Positions 29,810 through 45,705 of a DNA stretch of 64,000 nt are shown one piece after another. Both the position numbers and the translations under genes were made by a program. Location: assembly GCF_009914755.1 (NCBI RefSeq), contig NC_060935.1; one strand, given 5' to 3'. Position 1 is the first letter of the stretch, and every line of letters starts with the position of its first letter. Below the pieces are notes generated by a model, which worked only from the letters and a program-made list of their open reading frames with translations, was not told the DNA's origin and ran no database searches. Source of the stretch: the human T2T-CHM13v2.0 reference genome, Homo sapiens.

Positions 29810-30312
29810 CTACAGAACCTTTGTCTTCTCTCCTACAAGTCTTTAGAGTAGTCCTGGCTTTGAGAGAATGAGACAGACACAAAGTTGGCTTAATATGTTT
29901 TTAAATGGGATTCTTTTTTAAGAAGATGAAATCTCCCAAGTGCTATAGTAATGAATCATCATCTAATGTCTATATTTACTGGAAGAGTTACCATGTCAGC
30001 CAAACAGAGCCATCTGGACCAATTCTTACTGTTATATTAAGTAGCATTTTGGAAACTATTTATAGAAATTGGGTCTATGACTTTTTCTGCCATTGATCTC
30101 TTTTGAGGAATATGTTCCTAGCAGAGAGTCTCATTTATATTGTTTTTTTGAAAAACTCTGAGTTGCATTTAGCACTGGAATGGAGAAAGTTTTGTGAAAC
30201 TAAATCTTAAAACTAGAAACCTAAGCAGATATAAAAACTTTATTTATTTATTTTTTTCTTAAGACTTGGAGACTTACAGTTATTTGCAAGTACCACATAA
30301 AATACTTGTTCC

Positions 30313-30636
<324 letters not shown>

Positions 30637-32649
30637 TTATGTGAATAAAGTGGATTGAAATGTTGCAATTAGGATTTACTGTGAATAGGTACAATAAACA
30701 TGTTATGTCATGGTACAATTAGAGAGGAATCACAGTTCTATAGAGATTAGAACCTAAGTTTTTCTTGAAAAGGCAAAAAGCAGACAACTAATCACAATTA
30801 TCCTTGAATATCCTGTAAATTGTCTATAAAGTTAAATAGCATAGTGTAGCATGTATCTCTCTAGTGATCCTTCTGAATTTCAAGGTTGTCAACCATTACC
30901 CTGGACTAAAATTAAGAACAAAAGAAAAGTCTATATGCCGAGGTCTGGGAACTGAAGCCGTTCTGCCTCTAGGGAACTCTCTGGCCTAACCATGGTGCTG
31001 ATATGAATAAAAGATTTATACTATTAAACATATATAACATAATAAATAATTATTTTTAGGTGAAAAGTGAAAAAGATATTGGATCAACATCTTAGAGACC
31101 AATTAAATTTTGAAATCAACCTGATAGTTCCATAAATATATTTTTGATTCTGGACCCAGTCTAAAAATTAAAAGAAGATAAAGAGCTAATTCTTTTCAAT
31201 GCCTTAAATTTTGTCTTAACCTTTTCTAGAACTGGAGATGCATATTGTTATAGAACAGATTCATTTTTTTATCTCATTCCCCAGCATACGTTAATAAATA
31301 TTTATTAATATATTATTTTCATACATGTCTAAAACAATATTAATTGTAACGGAATGGAAATTAGCTCTGCATATAAATAAAATTTTCTAGTATAATCTGG
31401 ATATCTGATCAATATTTTGTCTCTCTACTGATCTCTCTATCTGAAATATATTTTTAAGCTTTTAGCCATAAAATGTTCTATCTGGTTGCACAGGCTTACA
31501 AGTATGTTTTTTTTAAAATAACTTTGCCTTAGACACAGTTCTATCATTTCAACCATTTGCTGCACCCATATACATAAGAATATTTTTCTGTTCAGATTAA
31601 ACTAATAAAACTAAAAAGTGATATAAATACCATATGGTACACTCAGTGACATGCATGGTATTTTTAAAGGAAGGGATATGACACTTTGGGGGATTCCTCT
31701 TATGACTTCTAAAGATTATTCTAATGGTGTAGATATAGAATCCTCTGGTCAATTGGATAAATGCCAAGCATTTAAACTCTGCTTGCTAATATTTACATAG
31801 CTACCTTTCAGCCAGCGGGCCACTTGCTTTCCTTTTATGTATTGAGAACTAGAGCTGCCCTGTGTTCCCCTGAAATTGCGGAATAAACTTATTAAAATGA
31901 ATGATAATGCATTCGCTGGTAAATTTCACAAAGTGTGAAGGACACAAATATATGAACAAAATAAAATTATGTATTATTGAGAAATGGTTTATATACTTCC
32001 AGAGATATATTGCTCCTGTACTTATGTAGAAGTAGAAATAAAGATTAGCTCTTTAACATATTAATTGATGTTTCCAGTTTGGGACCGTGAAACATCCCAG
32101 AAACAGCTGATTGCTATTTTAAAAAAGTCCTCTGTCTTTGTTCAGCTAGTCCTACAATAGTAACTTACTCATAGTACACATTTATCATATGCTAGCAGTC
32201 TGTCCAGAATAACTTCGTTTGAAGAAAAGATAGGTCAAGTGCACATTCCAGGGAATATTTGCAAAATAATATGTATTTTCTTGCAAAATTTTAAACAATT
32301 AGCTCTTAAGGTCACTTTCATATCACCCAGCTCTGCTAGTTTTGTTCCCCTTCTAACATATTTTAAAAGTATGCTTGTTTTAAAAGTCAAATAAATAAGA
32401 TCTATGATAAAAATACAAGATAATAGTTGTGACAAACTATTCTGAAGAAGTAAGTTTCTACTCTAGGTGCGGGCAAGATCCTTCTAATCAAAGAGGAGTT
32501 CTGTGTTTATCTCTTTTGAATAATTGTGCTTTAGTTTCTTCATTTATCTATCTATTATTACTGATTGCCTGGAAGTGTACAGAAAGTCATGTCAAGGACT
32601 AAAGCAAACTCCTCTCAAAATATTCTTCTTGAATAAACTAGATTTTAAT

Positions 32650-33202
<553 letters not shown>

Positions 33203-34809
33203 CATAAAGACTGCTTTTTTACACTTATATTTCCTTTCAATGGGTTATTAAAGTGAAAGCTAAGGTCTCACTAAACTATTGCTTAACAGATATTCTATTA
33301 AGATAATTCATAGCCTTTTACAAAGACAAGACTAAAATACGATTAGCAGAAAGTCTTCTGAACAACTTGGCCTTGAGCCAACCCAAGTTTCAGAGACAAT
33401 GTGAATGATTCAGCCGGTGCCTTATAACTGAGATCCAGAAATAGCTCTGAATCCTACAAAGAACTAAAGAAGTATATTCTCTAGCAGACAATGAGCAATA
33501 ATGAGCTTCTGATGAGCCATATATAAATTTTTAAAATATTACAATATTTTTAGCCTATTTTAAGATATAAACATGTTTCCAAAAATACAGATTGTGCTTC
33601 TGTTTATTGATTTATTATCATTTGGTGGTCTATTCAAAGATATTCACAGAGTCAATAAATTCTGATTATTTTTTCAAGTTAAAAAGCAAAGGGATTTTTT
33701 AGCAAAAACACAGCCTCCCAGAGTACAGGGAAATGATATTAAGATTACCTAATAGGGTTATTGAGGAAGTATGTGTTACAGAAACATGTACTTCTGCAAT
33801 TCTTGAGCAAGAGCTACTGAAGCCAACCAACAAGAAACTCTTGTCAGGAACCTGGCATTATGTGAACTTATCCAGTATGCTTCTTGGAGATCACTTGACT
33901 CTAAATATAAGTGACAAACATCACCTTGTGTTTTCTGAGCAGGACGGAAAGGTGCAAGCTAAAATGTGTTGTTATGATGCTAGTTGGCTTTGAAATTACT
34001 TTTCAAACAAAGATCGCTTTTGATGAGACCTAATCTGATATTCATGCACAGAAAGTGAAGATATAGCAAGTATACTTAAAGAAAACCATGACTTAGAAAG
34101 CAGAACAGTTATATTTATGTTTGTAGAGACTAGGAGAGATAATTATCTTAGAAGTGATTTAAATGCACAGAAAGTAAGTGCCCAATTTCCAAAGAAGAAT
34201 TAGAGATCTCTAAAGCCTTTATTAGAAAATCCTTGTGTTCTTTTTATGAAATGTCAGTGAAATGAGAGATTGTCATGACGTTAAACCAGAATAAGAATTT
34301 AAGGAATGGAGAAAAGCAATGATGAAAAAAAGTATGTATCAACGTTTGATCTGAAATTTTCCTCTTCTTTGGAAAATGTCAAATTTTATGTGCATATTAC
34401 TTGAGCTGAAATGTAAAATCTTAAGGTTTATGCTGAAGCTTCCTATGACTCTAATGAAAATTTAGAATGTGAATAAGAACTTTTTAGAAATACTTTCTAT
34501 TGTTATAGCTTCAATAAATTCTAAAAATTGTTTTTACATAACATCCATGGCAAGAAAAAATGTCTATACTAATCATAACATTCTTCTTCCATACTTCAGT
34601 ATGAGAATACAACCATATTATTTTCTAATATTAAGGTCTATTTATTGATCCTCAGCAGCATTATTACAGTTTTCTAATCTTTATTAAAATCACCCTGTGC
34701 ACAAAAACTGTTCTGACATTTAACTAATTTCCAAACATCTTAAACCATTCAAATATAGTGTCCATTGAGTATAATTTGACTTTTACAAAACTCAGTTGAA
34801 AATTCCTTG

Positions 34810-35020
34810 TTTGCCTATTTGTTTTACTTGTTTACATTTGTTTTTCTATCATATGCTATATTTTCTCTATTGTGTAAACCAGGGAACAGAGTTTGCAGAC
34901 TTTGGTTACCACACGCATACCTAGGATCCAACACAATAGCATTTCTGAATTTATACCAGAATCAATACACTAAAAAGTATCTAGTGCACAGTAGGCACTC
35001 AATAAATGCTTGTGAAAATG
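34810..35020 (+). mobile_element. L2 3' end
   Basis: gcacagtaggcactcaataaatgcttg. Confidence 0.6.
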
Positions 35021-35743
35021 GAAAAATATTTACATATAAATTTAGCAGTTAAGGTAGAAACTTATTAATTAGTGAAGTTCTCAATTCTTCAGATAATTTT
35101 GGAAGGGTATTGTCAAGTGATTTATCCTGATTTTATTCTCCTTGCAATCATTTCTCCCTATTCTCCAGTTCTAGGATTCACATAATTTCTCTCTGACACA
35201 AATCTGTCCTTTTAGCTCATCACATATTTTTCAAATAAGTTGTAAATCATTTTACTTATTTTATTGTCTGTCAATTTATTTCTCTAGTAGTCTCAATTTT
35301 TTTACTTGGCCTCACTGTGCACATACATAACAGCACATTCTCAACCCCTATCCCTGCTTAAAAAAACTGGTTACAGTGTGATTTGGATTTGAAGCAGTGG
35401 ATAATATACATGCAACCGAAACATTTTTCCTTTTCCTTCTAGCTACAGTAAAGTCAAGGTCTATACACCAAAGATAGAAAAAATGAGAAAAATAAATGGA
35501 AAGAATGAAGCAAAAAGAGAGCCATGAAAGATACAAAGAGATGTATTTAGAAAGTAGAAGGATCAAGACACTGTGTGCCTCAGAAAAAAAGAAGGTAAGC
35601 AGCAGTCGACTATATTTTTTAATTGAGATTTTCTTATCTAATTGGAATTATCCATGTAAGGAAACGAATCAGGAACTTGGTTGCCAGATGCAGAGAAGTA
35701 GATAAGATTTTCCTCTAGCTATATGCTTGTGCTTTTGGCCTGA

Positions 35744-36157
35744 TTAGCAGCGGATTGAATGATGGCCCTCCTCAAAAGGTATGTTCATATTCTAATCCCT
35801 GAAAAATGTAAATGTGACCTTGTTTAGAAAAAATCTTCTTTGCAGATATAATTAAGCTAAAGATTTTGAGATGGAATAATTCAGAGGAGGAGAAGATATG
35901 AAGCAGAAGAGAAGAATCCCATGTGAAGAAGGGTACAATGATTGAAGTTACACAGGCGCAAGTTGAAAAGGCTGAAGCCATCAGAATGTGGAAGAGGTAA
36001 GGAAGGATTCTACCCTACAGCCTTCAAAGGGAGCATGACTTTGCTGACACCTTGATTTTGGACTTCTGGCCTTGAGAACTGTAATATAATAAATTTCTGT
36101 TGTTTTAAGCTATCAAGTTTATTGCTATTTGTTAAGAGAGCAGTAGGAAACTAACAG
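35744..36157 (+). mobile_element. MaLR LTR (MLT1C-like)
   Basis: gaatgatggccc..aatgtgacctt..ctgacaccttgattttggacttctggcc..aataaatttctgttgttttaagc..gcagtaggaaactaa. Confidence 0.88.
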
Positions 36158-36294
36158 TATGTATATTCCTTCTTTAGTGACAGTTACGAAGTAAAAAAAA
36201 AACAAGAGAATATGGAAACTGCTATATACTAATGATTTTTTTCTGCCCATATCCATCTGAAGCAGTTCCTATTTTTGAAGGTTCCTTTCCCTAA

Positions 36295-36340
36295 CACACA
36301 CACACACACACACACACACTACCACCACCACCACCACACC
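36295..36340. repeat. (CA)n plus (CAC)n microsatellite
   Basis: acacacac...accaccaccac. Confidence 0.9.
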
Positions 36341-36797
36341 AGAATTAAATAAAATACCACACAATGAAAGAGACTAGAGGTTGATAGGGCTTCTATAATT
36401 TAAAATGTGGACATTGCAGCATCATCTTTGAACCCACTTGATATATACCAATTCAAAATGGAAAATTGTTGAAAACCTATTGTGCTACGTTAAATGTAAA
36501 AGACCATTTATGAATGATGCATGGGTTCTCCATACAGTAAAGCAAGTCACTTCATATATTTCTGCTTGGAAAGGAAACAGAACACCATTAATGCTACAAA
36601 AAATGAGATGGTGATAAATAATGCTTGAGATACTCTTTGGTCCATCAGCTGCTTTCAAGAAAGTAGAAATGATTGCAAAGTTTAGTATGAGCTTGACAAA
36701 ATATATATACAGATTACATTTTCTTAAGTTAATAAACTTGGAGTTCTTATTTTTCTTCTAATTCTATGTGCAGGTTCATCCAGAATCAGCTTGGCTA

Positions 36798-37143
<346 letters not shown>

Positions 37144-38091
37144 AAGAATATGCACAAAGATTTGAAACTCTAGGAAATTGTTTTTATCTCTAATAGATTT
37201 CAGCGAAGTTAAATTGTGCGTTGGTCACAAGGGAAAACTTGTCATGGTGACTCATGTAAATTACTAAAATTGCTTTCATTTGGGAAATAGGCCTCATTAG
37301 TCCTAAATTTTACCTTATGATTATGTCAGGTAGCCAAACATCATTGCTTATACTAAAATAAAGCTCTAGGTACTATTTCTTTTAATAAAAAACCCAATGA
37401 TCCTAGCACATTACTTTAGTTATAATCTCAAAACTAGTACCATATATAAGGAAAGCCAATGGTATTACTTATACCTCCTTCTCATGAAATCATCATTAAA
37501 GGCACATTTATAGATAATGGGAACTGAGTCAAGATGTTCAGCCTGACAATCCACTGCTATCTCCTGGGCCCAGATGCCCACCCTTTAGCTCTTCAGGAGA
37601 AAGAAAAATATGCACTCACTACTGATATGCAAAACTGCCTATTAGCTTATAAGCTTCCAGAACGCATCTTTTTCAAATAGCAGGTAACATATTCTTACAA
37701 CTTTCTGGGAAGAGAAAAATAATCAAGAGCTTTAATGCTTATCTAGTACAATTTCTTCATTTAATTAATAGAGAAACTAGAGAGCTTGAGGGTTAAATTA
37801 ATGTCTCGGACCTCAAGTTCCAAAGTAAAATCAACTTTATCTAAATTTGTATTAAGCTAGAATTTCATGAAAAGATAGAGTATAGTACAGCCATGGCTGT
37901 AAAAACATGTATACTTGCCAAAAAGGAATTCTCCACTTGCAAATATATGTGAGAACAAAATATTAAAAGAAGAGCCAAAACAAAGGTAAAAGAATACAAA
38001 ATTGTAGAAAGACATCTTGATAGTTCAACAGAGCTTTATTTTTTGGTCTGCTATTTTAGAGCTTGAAGACTGGTCTTTTAAGCTAACCTAA

Positions 38092-38367
<276 letters not shown>

Positions 38368-40456
38368 TAAATGAAGTATTTGAGACATATGAGATTATAT
38401 AAAGTGATCAAACCTATGAATTCTTGACATTCCTCAGAGAGAAGGAGAAAAAGTAAGCAATCTGAAAAATATATTTGAGGAAATCTTTCAAAAAAATTTC
38501 CTTAATCTCGCTAGAGAAGTAGATAATCATGTTGAAGAAATCCAGAGAACACTTGTGAGATATTATACAAAATGAATATCAACAAGGCATATAGTCACCA
38601 GACTGTCCAAGGTCAATGCTAAAGAATCTTAAAAGCACCTAGATATAAAGGTCAGATCACATAGAAAGGGAGCTCCATCAGGCTAATAGTATACTTCTCA
38701 CCAGAAACCTTTATAAGCCAGAAGAAATTGGGGGCCTATTTTCTGCATTCTTAAAGAAAAGAAATTCCAGCCAAGAATTTCATATCCTACCAAACTAAGC
38801 TTCATATAAGAAAGAGAAATAAAATCTATTCTGGACAAGTAAGTACTAAGGGAATATTTTACCACTAGACCTGTCTTACAAGAGATCCTTAATTAAGGTA
38901 GTTTTAAACATGGAAATAAAAGAATGATACGTGCTACCACAAAAGCACATTTAAGTACCTAGCCAACAGACCCTATAAGCAACCACACAATAGAAACTAC
39001 AAAACAACCAACTAACAACATCATGATAAGATTGACACTTCATGTATCAATATTAAACTTGAATGTAAATGGTCTAAATGCCCCATGTAAAAGGCTAAGT
39101 GTGGCAAGCTGGATTAAAAACAAGACCCCTCTGTCTCCTCTCTTTAAAAGACTTATCTCACATGTAATGATATCCATAGATGCAAAATAAAGCATTGGAG
39201 AAAGATCTACCACAGGAATGGAAAACTAAAAAGAGTAGAGGTCACTATTCTTATATCTGACAAACTTTAAATCAACAACAGTGAAAAGAAGACAAGGACA
39301 TTACATAGGGAAAAGGTTTGTTTCACCAAGAAGATTTAACTATTCTAAATATATACATCCCCAATGCTTAAGCACTCAGATTCACAAAAAAGTACTTCTA
39401 GACCTATTAAAAGACTTAGCTGTACAATAATGATGGGCAACTTCAACAGCAGAAAGATAACAAAGATATTTTGTACTTAAACTCAAGACTTGACCAGTTG
39501 AACCTAATAGACATCTATAGAATACTCCACCCATCAACAACAGAATATACATTCTTCTGCTCTGCACACAGAATACACTATAAGATCAATCACATGCTCA
39601 GCCATAAAGCAAGCCTCAACAAATTAAAAAAATAAATAAAAATCATACCAACCATACTCTTGGACCACAGTGGAATAAAAACAGAAATAAATCAATACCA
39701 AGAAGAGCTCTCGAAACTACAAAATTATATGAAAATTAAACAACTTACTACTGAATAACTTTTAGGAAACAACCATATTAAGCAGAAATTTAAAAAAAAG
39801 TCTTTGAAATGCATAAAAACAAAGACAACATACCAAAATCCCTGGTATGCAGTAAAAGCAGTGTTAAAAGGAAAGTTCACAGTGGTAAACACTTACCTCA
39901 CAAAGTCAGAAATATCTCAAATAAAGGACTTAAAATCACCCCTAGAAAAACTAGAAATAAAAGGACAAACTAACTCCAAAGCTATCAGGAGAAAAGAAAT
40001 ACGTAAAATCGGAGCAGAGCTAAATGAAATTGACACCATAAAGTCCATGCAAAGAGTCAACAAAACCCAAAGTTGGTTCTTTGAAAGGGTGAACAAGATC
40101 AATAGACTGCTAGCTATATTAACAAAGAAAAAAAGAAAATCCAAATAAGTTCAATCAGAAACAGCAAAGTGACATTAAAACTAATAAGTGATGTTATAAC
40201 TATAAGTGACATTATAACTAATCTCAGAGAAACATAAAGAATTTTAAGGACTATTATAAACACTTCTATACACACAAACTAGAAAATCTAGAGGAAATGG
40301 ATAAATTCCTAGAAACACACAATCTTCCAAGATTGAATAAGGAAGACATTGCAACCCTAAACAGACCAGTATCAAGTTCTGAAATTAAATCACTAATAAA
40401 ATAAAAACTGCCAGCCAAAAAACAAAAGCTCCAAACCAAATGAATTCACAGCCAAA

Positions 40457-40755
40457 TTTTATTTATTTATTTATTTATTTCGAGACAGAGTCTTGCTCTG
40501 TCGCCCTGGCTAGAGTGCAGTGGCAGCAATCTCAGCTCACTGCAACCCAGGTCCAAGAGATTCTCCTGCCTCAGCCTCCCGAGTAGCTGGGATTTCAGGC
40601 ATGTACCACCACACCTGAATCACTTTTATACTTTTATTAGAGATAGGGTTTTGCCATGTTGACCGGGCTGGTCTCAAACACTGGGCCTCAAGTGATAGGC
40701 TGACCTAAACCTCCCAAAGTGCTGGGATTACAGGCATGAGCCACCCTGCCCAGCT
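40457..40755 (-). mobile_element. Alu (S/J) inserted in L1 ORF2
   Basis: Alu dimer; TSD tcacagc(c/g)aaatt. Confidence 0.95.
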
Positions 40756-41894
40756 GTCACAGCGAAATTCTACCAGATTACAAAGAAAAGCTGGTATCAA
40801 TTCTACTGAAATTATTGCAAAAAATCAAGGAAGACAAATTTTTTCCTAATTTATTCTGTGAAGCCAGCCAGCATCACACTGATAACAAAAGCTGGCAAAG
40901 ACACAGTGAAAAAGGAAAATTACAGGCCAATATCTGTAATAAATATAGGTGTAAAAACCCTCAATAAAATCCTAACAAGCTGAATCCAATAGCACATCAA
41001 AAAGTTAATTCACCATGATCCAGTCGGCTTCATTTCTGGGACGTAAGTTGGTTCAAAATATACAAATCAATAAATATAATCCACCACATCAACAGAATTA
41101 AAAGCAAAAATGATATGACTATCTCAATAGACATGGGAAGCTTTCGATGAAATCCAACATCCCTTCATGATAAAAACACTCAAGAAATTCAGCATGAAAG
41201 GATCATATCTCAAATAAGAGTCATCTATGACAAACCCACAGCCAATATAATACCAAACTTCATTGATGGAATCATTCTCAACCCAAACCTCAGAATCATG
41301 CAATACACACAGGTAACAAACGTGCGCATGTACCCCTGAATTTAAAGTTGAAAAAAATCTGAAAGGTTTAAAAAAATAAGGTATAAAAATACACCCACTG
41401 AAATATAAGACAGTATCAAGTTTACAGAAATCTACAAGTGTGTTTTTATCCACTAGGGTTAAGCTGGAAGAATTTGGGGAGATGAGAGTATTTGGGGAGA
41501 TAATGGCTAGTAATGATGGCTCTTGCATCCTACTCTAAGCAGTGTGGTCTTTAAAGTAAAAGTAGCAGTTAGCACTGAAGCATTTATGCTAGAACAACTA
41601 AATTCCCAAATTTAAATCTTAGATAGTTCATTCTGAAAGCATTAATTGAGGTGGTTTCAAAGAGAAAGAGATAATATCAGATAAACCTAAAAGGTTGAGC
41701 TGAAGTAATAGGCTCAAGTGAGAAGTAAAATCTGAAGTAAATCAAAAATTAAGTTGTAAATAATCTAGTGGACATGATAAATAAGAGAGAAAGGGGAAAC
41801 TCTTGAGTAATTTCCTTTTCTGAAATACTTGAATTACTGAATACAGTCATCTACTAAATTGCGACACCCACGGGAAAAAAACATGCATGCTGTA

Positions 41895-42420
41895 GGTGAT
41901 GATGAGTTTGTTATTAGCTTTACTTTGAGATTATTTTAGGACATCCAAATTAAGCTGTTTGCAGGATTGAAATATCTGCACATTAGAGGGGCATATGTGT
42001 CTGAAGATCAGGAATTCAGTCAGGGATAGAGATTCAGATTGTGGGTCACCATGATGCAATTGGTAGTGAAAATAATCAGAGAAATAGAATAACTCATTAT
42101 GTAGGATAAGATTAGGATCGAATAAAATCAGAATCTCAGTGGACACCAAGACTGGCAGGAAGGCAAAAAAACACTAGAGTACAAGGAGATTGAGAACAAT
42201 TTGAGACTAAGAAAGGGTCAGAGAATGGGAGGTTCTTAAAGACAGAGAAGTCAGGGAGTGACATTTTTTAAGTGATTTGTGGTCATCAAGATCAATGTCA
42301 CTGGAAGGATTACATTGTTTCTGGCACAACAGTGGTTATTGGTGACTTCACAAGAGCACTTTTAATAGAATACAACAAATATAAAATATATTACTGGAAA
42401 CTAAGTGAAGATTTTCAATT
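41895..42420 (-). mobile_element. L2 internal fragment
   Basis: gatgatgagttt..ggacatccaaat..gattgtgggtcacc..ggttattggtgacttcacaagagcact. Confidence 0.65.
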
Positions 42421-42439
42421 TTATAAATGGTGCATAGGC

Positions 42440-44480
42440 AACAGGCATTTCTGGTCTCTCTGAAAACCCAACTAAAGTGACATTAAGTTATTTTTGAATA
42501 TATATAAGCAAAAAATCAAAGAAAACAGATTTTAGTACATAAAATGTTATTTTTGGAATATAGAAAGCATACAGATGAATAGTAACTGAGTGTATACATG
42601 AAAAATCCAGAACATGACAGCTTGGGTAATGACAATTTAAAAAAATCATGATTTATGGTACAGAACCATGGAAAGTGTCAAAAATTGGAGTCGCAAATTA
42701 TCTCTGAAAGCCAGAGTGTGAAGTGGGACAGAAAACAAAAGATTTGTTGAAAGTGTCTTTAGGAGCAGGTAGCTGCCCTGATGTTCTCCCCAAGTCCAAC
42801 AAACTAGTCAATTGCCCTTTCTTGAGCTCTGCAGGAAAAAAAAAAAAAAAAAAGGATTATTCTCTGAAGATGTTGAATTACAGAGACTGTGAATTGGAGA
42901 CATCTTGACCAGCTAAGGTCAAAGATGAGGCACCCCCCTGGACACATGGAACCAGGCGATCGAGGGTGTACTGAATGGAGGTCCTCTTGCCCCCATGGCT
43001 GCCTGCCTCCCACTACTCTGGCCTCTATGCTTTTCTGTTGTTGGCAGATGACTGGAGGATTTCTTTCTGAGGAAACTGCCCTGTAGAATAGAGAACTACA
43101 AATTCCCCGCAACGTGAAGTTTACCTACACAACAATCCTGCCCATGTACCCCTAAACCTAAAATAAAAGGTAAAAAAAAAACAACAAAAACCTTGTACCC
43201 TACCTAAATACAAATTCATGATTAAACAAGCCATTACCACATACATAAATCTTCCTATTAGAATGTTAGGACCTACTTATTTTGATTGGACAGCCAAGGA
43301 TCACCAGGTATTTGAGAAGCTCCTTAAAAACAAAACACAAAAAAATGCACATGAAAATCCAAAGATAGAAAAAAGAACAAATAAAAACATCAGAGATCAT
43401 ATGGGGAATAAAAAACACTCATATAAAATTATAATTCTCATCTTCAAATCTAAAAATACTATATTACATTTATGATATGAGAGTATTCAGAGAATACAAA
43501 TTTTTAGAAATGTGAAATCTTTTGACAAAAATAAAAACAAATGATTGAAATGTTGAAAAGCAATGAATAGAAAATTTTGCAGGTGAAAAAAATAATTTTA
43601 AAATAATAGAATTCTAAAAGGTTAACAACAACAACAACAACAAAAGCTCAGTCTAACAGGCCAACTAATGAGTTCCACTGAGAGAGACAATGATGGGGAG
43701 GATATTATGAAAGCATCACTTAAGAAATTTTTCCAGAATAGAAGGATAAGATTTTCCACAAAAAAAAAGGGTCCACTGAGTATCCACAATGTGACTCAGA
43801 TTCATCAATACTCATGACTACTCTTCATAACTATACAATTTCAGGACATTTGGGAAAAGTCCTAAGAGCATCTGGAAAGGAAAAAAATGGGTTACATACA
43901 AAGGGCTTATACAAAGGAATAAAAATGACTTCTTACTTCTAACAAGCAACACTGGAAACTAAAAAAGAACTGAACAATGGATTCAGTTTCTGAGGGAAAG
44001 TCTTTTCTCTCCTGGAAGTCTATGAATCTCACTGCAAACTAAATGCAAGGATAAAAATATTTTCAAACATGCAAGGGCTTAAATTAACTTTCTCTGTGCA
44101 CCTTTTTCTGTGTTACAGAGTATCTATAGAACATTGTTGAAGTATATATTTCATAAAAAACGAAGGAATAGATTTAGGAAGGACCCAGGAATCAGGGCAT
44201 TTAACACAAAAGGGTGTAAAGAGGAGACTAGAGAAAAATCCAGTTTAGACTGGAACAAGAGGAGTAAAGATTTCAGGAGAGATATTTCAAACACACACAT
44301 GTACACACACACACTGGTTTCTTTGTAGTCAAATACATAAAGTAATTTATCAGTTCTTCTTGTGTGCATGTGTGTGAGTGTATAAGGTAGTGCAGGGATG
44401 TGAAAAAGAGCCATATCCTCATTCTTCAAGCTAAGAAACCAAAAGATATTATCTAAAAATACTTAAAACCACTAAGTAGC
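42440..44480 (+). mobile_element. HAL1 / ancient L1M ORF1-type element
   Basis: ORF1-like gaaatttttccagaa..agggtccactgagtatcc..acttctaacaagcaacactggaaact; HAL1-like ccagtttagactggaacaagagg..tttcaggagagatatttc. Confidence 0.6.
43111..43181 (+). mobile_element. L1PA extreme 3' end (~70 bp)
   Basis: gtttacctacacaacaatcctgcccatgtacccctaaacctaaaataaaaggtaaaaaa. Confidence 0.8.
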
Positions 44481-44997
44481 AGTGAAAACTCAGTATTTAA
44501 AATATGCAGTTTAAATGTATAGTCTATGGGAAATTACATTGGAATATTCAAAATTCAATTAATGACATGAGACATCTAAAGTTTTTTACACATTAAAAAA
44601 GGTAAAGCATATATATTAAATATCTCAAAGTACAACAGAAATTTTCAAAAAAATATACTGGAATGAAAAGAAAATGTCTACGTAATAATTTTCACCAAAC
44701 CATAATATCAACAAATGCTGAAAATAATAATTCTTATAAATGATATATTATTTCCCATATTTCAGGAAGCTTAATCCACTTTATTTCCTGGAAACTCCTT
44801 TCTCTTTCACTCTTCACTGTCAGTTCTCTTCAGAGGCAGATATTGCTAAACGTACACCAATATGTGTTCTCTAATTTTTCTGTATCAATAGAAGTTCTGA
44901 TTTTTATGTAGGCATATGGCTTTCCAGGATATATGGTAAATTTACCATCATTGTTTGTCACTACGTTTGGATCAATAGACTTTAAAGAGAAGGGCCT

Positions 44998-45394
44998 TGT
45001 GACAGTTTCTCTTATGTGTCCATTTGATGGGGTCATGAAGTGAGCAGATATTCGATTAAACATGATTCTGGGCGTGTCTGTGAGGATATTTCTGGATGGC
45101 TGAGATTAACATCTGAATCTGTAGACTGAGTAAAGTAGATTGCTCCTGCTCCTGTCCTCCACCAATGTGAGCAAAGCTCATCCCATCTGTTAAATAAAGG
45201 TCTGGATAGAGCAAAATTCTAGGCAACAAAGAATTCACTCTCTCTGTCTCATGGTCTTTGAACTGGGTTATCAGTACTCTCTTGCCTTAAGATTCAGTCT
45301 GACACATATACCTTTGGCTGTCCTGGTTCTCAGGTATTTTGAGCTGCAGTTCTTCGTACTTCCCAGCCTTCATAATAGTGTGAGCCAATGCCTT

Positions 45395-45400
<6 letters not shown>
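44998..45400 (+). mobile_element. ERVL LTR (MLT2C/D-like), followed by (TG)n and AT-rich low complexity to ~45650
   Basis: attctgggcgtgtctgtgagg..tagactgagtaaagtagattgc..cagccttcataatagtgtgagccaat. Confidence 0.85.
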
Positions 45401-45436
<36 letters not shown>

Positions 45437-45705
45437 ATATAAAATATAAATTTATCTTTTTTAATATTTTAAAATATACATATTATATATTATATACATA
45501 AAATACAGATGTAATATATACCATATATTAAAATATAATATTTTAATACTTTAAAATGTATAAATTTAATATTTTAAAATGTATTGAATATTTTATATTT
45601 AAATTTATATGTTATATATAGATATACAAAATTTAAAAATATATAAAATTTGTTCCTCATAGAAGTACAGGGACAAATCTTTCAAAAGAAGGGTTTGACC
45701 TTCTT

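Noticed and set aside
39804-40148. 114-aa ORF similar to L1 ORF2p
   Set aside because: Fragment of a decayed L1 with surrounding stops and frameshifts; not a host gene. The same applies to 22851-23216.
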